From Spongospora subterranea f. sp. subterranea (Eukaryota): a DNA stretch of 46,327 bases. The translations under genes were made by a program, and so were the position numbers. The stretch is taken from assembly GCA_049724395.1 (NCBI GenBank), contig JAUGWO010000153.1, positions 1-46,327 of the forward strand. The letters run 5' to 3'. The notes beneath the pieces were generated by a model. It had not been told where the DNA came from. It saw only the letters and a program-made list of their open reading frames with translations, and ran no database searches. Below, piece after piece: positions 39,969 through 46,327 of the stretch; position 1 is the first letter of the stretch; the number at the start of each line of letters is the position of its first letter.

Positions 39969-42786
39969 TTGTTAGCTTTCGTGAATAAAAAGCTACAGGG
40001 TGTAGTCCATCCTGATGCTGTTGAGAGAGAATAGCGCCCAGAGCAAAATTTGAAGCATCAGCTTCAATAACGGTGGTTAAAGCAGGGTCAAAATGTTTCA
40101 AAACTGGCGCCTGGACGAATGCGGACTTCAAGGTTGAGAATGCACGATCTGTTGATGGGGTCCATTAAAACGCGACCTTATTCCTTGTTAATACATGTAG
40201 AGGATGACTAATGTGAGAATAGTTTTCAATAAATCCCCGATAAAAGTTGGCGAAACCGAGGAAAGACTGTAATTGCTTAACAGACTGAGTGAGCGGCCAC
40301 GATGTAATTGCAGATATTCGTGTTGGGTCTACATGCAGGCCACTTGCCGAAAGACGAAAACCAAGAAAATCAACTTCTTGGAGATGAAACTCGCATTTAC
40401 TAAGCTTGGCAAATAGACCATTCTTGCGAAGAATCAGAAGGACCGTCTGGACATGTTTGATGTGTTCTTCAAGGTTTGGAGAAAAAATCAGAACATCATC
40501 CAAATAGACAACGACGAATCGGTCAATACATTCATGCATTATATCGTTCATAAAACGTTAGAAACAAGCAGGTGCATTAGCCAGACCAAATGGCATCACC
40601 AAATATTCGAACAATCCAAATTTAGTGCGAAATGCAGTCTTCCACTCGTCACCTTTTCGTATACCAACAAGGTGATACGCGTTTCGGAGGTCGATTTTAG
40701 AAAATACTCTGCCCGACATAACACTGGACAGAATACTGCTGTTCAATGGAAGGGGATACCGGTTCTTGATTGTTGGGGAGTTGATGCGGCGGTAATCCAC
40801 ACATAAGCGTAAAAATTTTATCCTCTTTTGGCACAAACATAACTGGTGAGCTGCAATACGATTGAGATAGGCGAATAAAACCTTTGGGAAGAATCAAATC
40901 GATGTATTCTCGGAGAGCGGCGCTCTCTGGCAGGGACAGTTGGTAAATGCGCCCAAAAGGAGGACTCGACCCAGGTTGAAAATCAATTGACATAAGAGTG
41001 GCAGGCAATCGGCCAGTTGTTCATCAAAAACCTCAGAAAGATGCAAATAGTCGGTAGGTACTGTGGTTGCAGGGATAGTGACGACATCAGAGGGAACCAC
41101 AGAGGCAAAGGCTTGCGAGGTCAAACAATCCATGTCACGATCAGGTGCTTGGAAAGAGAAGCAATTGATAATGTGGTGTCGGTGGGCGTTGGCGCTGGGG
41201 GGTTTGGTTTCTGCAATGGTGTGGGAAATTCCATGCAGCGGGAGACCCAGTTAATAGAAGGATTGTGTTTAACTAACGACGAATTCCCCAAATGACAGGA
41301 AATGACAAGTTATCAACGAGTAAAAAAGATGTTTGACACTGATAAGAACCGACTTGAAGGCGGAGGAGCTCGGATTGGTGTGTAATGATGACATAATGTC
41401 TGGCGGAACTAGATACGGTGAGAAGCGGATGGATGAGTTTGGCGGTGAGATGATACTTGGAAGCGAACGCGGTATTCATTAAATTTACACAGGCCCCGCT
41501 ATCCAATAGAAGATGTGAGCTGCAATGCGAGAACCCGCCGTTGCAAGTAAATCAAATGGAAATGTGCAGGCAGAAGTAAATTCGGGATAGCGAGAATTGG
41601 CTGCATTTTATTTTTCATTTCGCGCCAATCCAGGGCAGTGATCGATGGTGTGAGAGCCACCACAATACTGACACAACGCCAGCCGACGTTGACCGGGCCA
41701 CGAGGTCCGTTTCGCTGACGAGGGTGGGGTGGCGGTGGTTGTTGAGGTTCAGGCAGTGAAAGGACTCCATCTTCGCGTGAAACGAAGTGGCCGTCGTCAC
41801 CAACTGATTAAGGGTTGTAAAGGATTACCAGTTCCTTCGGCGAGGATCAGCATGCGCTGCAGATCAATGCTGAGGCCTTGCCGGTACTGGTGAAACGTCG
41901 ATGTGTCCAGTCAACGTCTTGTGCTAATAGCCTAAAATCGTTGGAATATTTTCCAAGTTGGTCGTTGGCCATAACCAGACGACGTAGAACATCGGTCGCC
42001 TTATTCATGCGGTCTGGGTCGTCAAATGCGGCGGTGATCGCGGTGACAAATGAATGAAAATCGGTGAGGGTGGAAGAGTTCGTACCGTACATCGGAGTCA
42101 GCCAAGCGCGCGCTTGTTGTCCTGTTAATAACGAACAAATGAAGGTGATTTTGTGGCTGTCGGTCGATTGAGCCATGAGAAAGTGCTGAACTTGGCTCAT
42201 CCAATGCGAAACACAGTTCGGTCGCCGTCAAAACTTTCCGGCAACTTCAGTTTTAGGTCCTTTCCGGTCGACTGTATATCTCTGGAATAACCGTGCTTGA
42301 GGTCTGTGATACTGGAGTTGAAATCCGATTTTCCATGGCCTGGGAGAGTGCAGCCGACATTTGAGCGATCCGTTCATCCGTTTCGGCACGATAAGCAGCG
42401 AATTGGGCCAGTACCTCCTGAATCGCGTTATCGTGTTCCTGCTTCGTAGTAGATCGCGTTGCAATGGCGTCCGGGTTAGTCATTTTGAGAGAGGAAGAGA
42501 GAGGGCAATAGAGAAGGAGAGGTTATGTGAGTAAAGGGAGGTCGAGAGATTAAGTTAGCTGTTAGTTAGGTGAGAGGAGAGGGAGAGAGGTTAGCGACAT
42601 AAGGGTCGGACAAACTGTCACGTTCGAGAGAGGAGGAAGTTGATATTGGCAATATAAGGGACCAGAGGTGCTTAGGTAATTAGACGTTGTCCGAACTGAG
42701 CATTTGCCCAGTTCGAACGGTACGCTTTAGTCATTTATTAATAATATCCGATTAGTCATGAACCATATCAAGTACCGTTCATGACA
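39969..42786 (-). mobile_element. Ty3/Gypsy (Tf1/chromovirus-like) LTR retrotransposon, 3'-truncated in RNase H, frameshifted
   Basis: Gag starts at 42483; protease [18 protein letters not shown]...[36 protein letters not shown]; RNase [11 protein letters not shown]...[10 protein letters not shown]. No integrase. Confidence 0.95.
42616..42786 (-). repeat. 5' LTR of the Gypsy element, 171 bp
   Basis: Bounded by TGTCA...TGACA inverted termini, ~130 bp upstream of gag, with a pyrimidine-rich leader. Confidence 0.8.
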
Positions 42787-43049
42787 CTGTGGCTTCAGAC
42801 ATCAGCAGCAACGCGTTCGAAATTTGAAGCGGCAAGTTTCGAGAATGAGCAGGCAGAGCCTTCTGTTGCACTAGGCTGGCAATCATGCTGCTAGCATGAT
42901 CTTCCAGAGACGTGGTTTGCTGAACGTTCCTGTTCAACGCCAGAAATTGGCCGGGATTGATGAGATGAATTGCATGCCATTCAGAAGCATATTTCGATAA
43001 AATGTTATCCCTACACTGTAACTAAGCAACAAATATCAAGTTCGGTCTC

Positions 43050-43720
43050 ACTTTCACATTTGGATCTTCGCCAGATGCAAAAGAGCAGCAGTGTCCTGAA
43101 AATATTTCTGAGCGCTGGCCAGGGTATTTTGCCTAGCAGATAGCATTATCTGTTCGATCTGGCCACCACCCCATATTGCCATGAGGTACCCTGTCTTCCT
43201 CAAAGTGTGTGTCCCTCAAGGCCCTCGTCTGCCGATAACTGTTCGGAACAGAGTCTTCAAGCTATGAATATTAGTTCTTGAGTGGCATGGGGCCTTCAAC
43301 ACATCCCGAACAGAACGGTACCTGTTGAGGAACCTGTTATATTCCATGATCCCGCCATTACGGTTAGGGAACAGATAATCTCCAGTTGAGCTGGGTCTCC
43401 CAGTAGATGTCTGACCAGACAAAGCTCCGGAACATGGTCGTTCCTCCAAATTATCATCAGCTTGAAGGATTCGTCTGATTTCCCTTTGATTTAATGACAA
43501 GAGCCAACACCTCCCCGCTGTCCCGGTTAATAGTGGTTAACCCTGGCACAAAATCTGCCAGCTGAAACTCGCACCCTTCTTGAGCTAGCAGGAAAAGCTG
43601 GACATGGAACAGGACCATCACCCATTCCTGAAATCACGAAATAAAGTTTCGACTCAAAAGAGCTGTGCGAACGTCAACTAGTTCATGAGGAAGAAGCGCT
43701 GAGTTTCCTTGGGCTTGGTA
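43050..43720 (-). pseudogene. Tyrosine recombinase relic (Crypton-like)
   Basis: Manual translation across frameshifts: LLPHELVDVRTALLS, LCLVRHLL, GDYLFP, GTHTLRKTGYLMAIWGGG (HxxR), IMLSAR, then TLASAQKYFQD (candidate catalytic Tyr). Confidence 0.65.
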
Positions 43721-44409
43721 GTCGGGTATATCAAATTTCGTGAGCATTCGGTACCTATGTTATGGAAGTGTTTAGCTCTGGGATGGAGTAAATCGACACG
43801 TTGCAGGAGTTTGGTACCTGTTCTTAACAGCGGCAAGTTCGCGGGGAGATCCACAGCGCCACAGCTGTGGACGTGATGCATGAAAACGACAACCGCTCCA
43901 CACTCCCGAATCATAGAGCGCGATACAATTTGTGGCATGGCTCTTGATACGGCCCTCCCTGATACTTTGCCACGTGCTGGTTCGAGACAGCACTCAGGAG
44001 CTGATTACACGCGCCGGGATCGTTCCATGCCCCCGACGACACGATTGTCTTGCCTTGCCTGTAAAGTAATCACGAATCGGGCCATCACGAGATGCGTCTG
44101 ATGCGCCATCGGCAGATATGGACAAGGGAGTTCCGGAAGGCAGCACCTGGAAATCAATATAAGCCATGAGCGATGGGCAAGTGAGTTGCGAAATGCAATA
44201 CCTCGAAATCGATATAGACCATAATCGAATCGTGGCTCATGCTCGGACAGAATTCCGAGGGTGCGTTCTCGCTGAAAACGAGGAGAGATGCAAAATCACC
44301 AATCCGCTTCAGAAACAATATCAAACCTCGGAAAGCGGATCCGTACTACCTGGAGGACCCATTAAGGTCGAGGAAGTAGACGCTATCAGTCGGTGCTGGC
44401 TGTAAGGGA

Positions 44410-45495
44410 GGATTCGTTGAAAGAACAAGAAAATTGAAAGCCTTTGGCAACGTTTTGAAATGTCCACAGCTCAGCATTGTCCTAGGTGGCTTAAATGTGG
44501 GAAAATCAATTCTGCTGAATAATGCCATCTTGGATGGCCATCACGATGTTGCTGCTTTCTCAATGTGATACCTACGACCGCCAAGTACTGGGTACACTGC
44601 TTCAAATGGTAAAATCGCCTTTTACTGTTTCTCGTCAAGTTCATTGATGAAGCCAATGAGGTGAAAAACATGATCAAAAATCCAGGCGATGAAGGTGACG
44701 AAGCCGTCGATACTGTGTTGAAATGGATGGTAAAGAACACGAAGCAAAATCCCCGCCTTCATGTGATGTTGGCCTCAAGCGACAGCTTCTTATAAAATCG
44801 ATCAGCTTCCTCATAAGCTAAATCCCCAACAGTGTAAACTCGAGCGTGCCTGGCAATATCTCTCTCCTCCAGCCATTCTCGCTTGAGGCCAACACCACAG
44901 GAAGGCGGGGATCTTGCTTCGTGTTCTTTAACATCCATTTCAACAGAGTATGGACGGCTTCGTCACCTTCATCGCCTGGACTTTTGATCATGTTTTTCAA
45001 CTCATTGGCTTCATCAATGAACTTGACGAGACACTCCAAAGGCGATTTTACCATTTGAAGCAGTGTACCCAGTACTTGGCGGTGGTCGTATGTATCACAT
45101 TAAGGAATATGTAAGAGATTTAAAATCACAAGCGGAGAGATGAATTGGGAGAATATCGCACCATTGCGATCCTGTGTTGCTAGACTTGAAGATTCCCTGA
45201 CACCTGAAACATTCCAAACGATGTTGGGAAGATCCGAATGGTCGCAAGGCGATCTCCTTGAGTCTATGAAATTGGGGACAGCGGACGAGAAAAGTCGTTT
45301 TTGAAGTATTCCGATCTTACCAAGTTAGTAGTTGGTAAGAGAGCTGCCAAATCTCTAATCAAGCACAACGTTTTCATATATCACCACAACATGCAATTTG
45401 CATTTGACCTTGTGGAAGCCCCTGATGATCCGGTTGTCACTGCGGCAAGTCCTATGGAGCAATATGCGATGAAAGTAGTTCTCCAGAAAGTCTGA
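44410..45495 (+). pseudogene. P-loop ATPase (ATPase_2/archaeal-ATPase-like) pseudogene, internally rearranged
   Basis: Walker A VLGGLNVGKSILL, Walker B FIDEAN, VMLASSDSF, VGDLAYEEA (on the minus strand), VLGGGRMYHI, SLIKHNVF. Confidence 0.75.
44562..45101. repeat. Inverted repeat (fold-back), arms 44562-44782 and 44879-45101
   Basis: ~220-bp arms with a 46-bp perfect stretch. The mirror ORFs 44471-44740(-) and 44846-45058(+) share a peptide. Confidence 0.95.
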
Positions 45496-46069
45496 GAAGT
45501 AAAAAACAAATATATATCAGCTCGAATGAATTTCTATAATTAGTTTTGGCCTCGTGACGGTCTGTTTCTATTTCATTTAGCATTTTTGGTTCAACGATTC
45601 CCTAAACGAATTGGTGTGTTAGTCAATTTGTGAATATTTCTGTTTGTCAGATTTCAAATTTTCAAAAGTCCTAGTGCACTTTCATTGTAGAATTGTAATG
45701 GGTCATCTAACAACGTTTAAGTCCCTTGCGTTTCGTCATTGTAAGATTCTGGACATACTAGCGGATTGGAACTGAATAAACAGCGCTGATGATTAGTTTC
45801 CTGTGATTCAACAAAAACAAAGTCTTGAATCTGGAATTTCACTTCCTGCTAAGGTGACGAAGGTAGATGTAGCTTTGTTTGATGAGAAGCTAGCGGAAAA
45901 TATATGGAGGTATTAGAAAAAGAGCTAGAAACGATGATGAAAGATGCACAAGATTAGCTAGAAGAATACCAGTACACACGTTTAAAGAATACAGCAAAAC
46001 GACAAGAGATCAACTAAGAAGGATTGACATATTGCTGGTTGAGATAATGGCTTTGGAAGTTTAATCAAC

Positions 46070-46262
46070 TTCTGATGGTGATGGCCAAAGACGTGGTCAA
46101 TGACCTGTATTTGCAGTGTTTTTATGTTTTAATGACCGGCAAAACCGCCAGTTATACCGGATGGCGTTCAATCTGATCAAATCGGTCAATGGAACAACAG
46201 TCATTCAGGCAGTGTCACCTGTGATTTTGATCAGGCGTTGATCAATCAGTTAAAGGTACATG
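46070..46262 (+). pseudogene. Mutator (MULE) transposase fragment
   Basis: VFYVLMTGKT ... VTCDFDQALINQLK matches the MULE motif YxLmxxKt...CDFExAL. Confidence 0.65.
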
Positions 46263-46327
46263 ATGTGTTATCAACTGGCTCTATGATTTGTAGATGTGAC
46301 AGTGTTTTAGATGTTTTTCCTTAGAGA

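Overview
This is eukaryotic DNA (about 43% GC, short GT-AG introns). It looks like a plant-parasitic protist such as a plasmodiophorid, but that is an inference from gene style. A gene-rich core at about 9.8-30.4 kb holds an NT-C2 domain protein, a RAD51-paralogue (XRCC2-like) gene, a head-to-head pair of intronless fungal-type secreted proteins, a Ser/Thr/Pro-rich protein, a gamma-carbonic-anhydrase-like gene, an ankyrin-HECT E3 ligase and a Hippo/MST-type kinase with a SARAH-like tail. Both flanks are full of decayed transposons. The left flank has a MITE inserted into a Ty1/Copia primer-binding site, a degraded Copia, a mariner (Stowaway-type TIRs), a PIF/Harbinger fragment and more Copia debris. 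The right flank has a Copia end, a 72-bp palindromic tandem array, a disrupted secreted Cys/Trp-repeat gene, a LINE with an internal inversion, a Ty3/Gypsy element, a Crypton-like tyrosine recombinase relic, an ATPase pseudogene and a MULE fragment. The most notable signals are three fold-back (inverted-duplication) structures built from dead coding fragments, the divergent fungal-like secreted gene pair sharing one central TATA, and the palindromic array.
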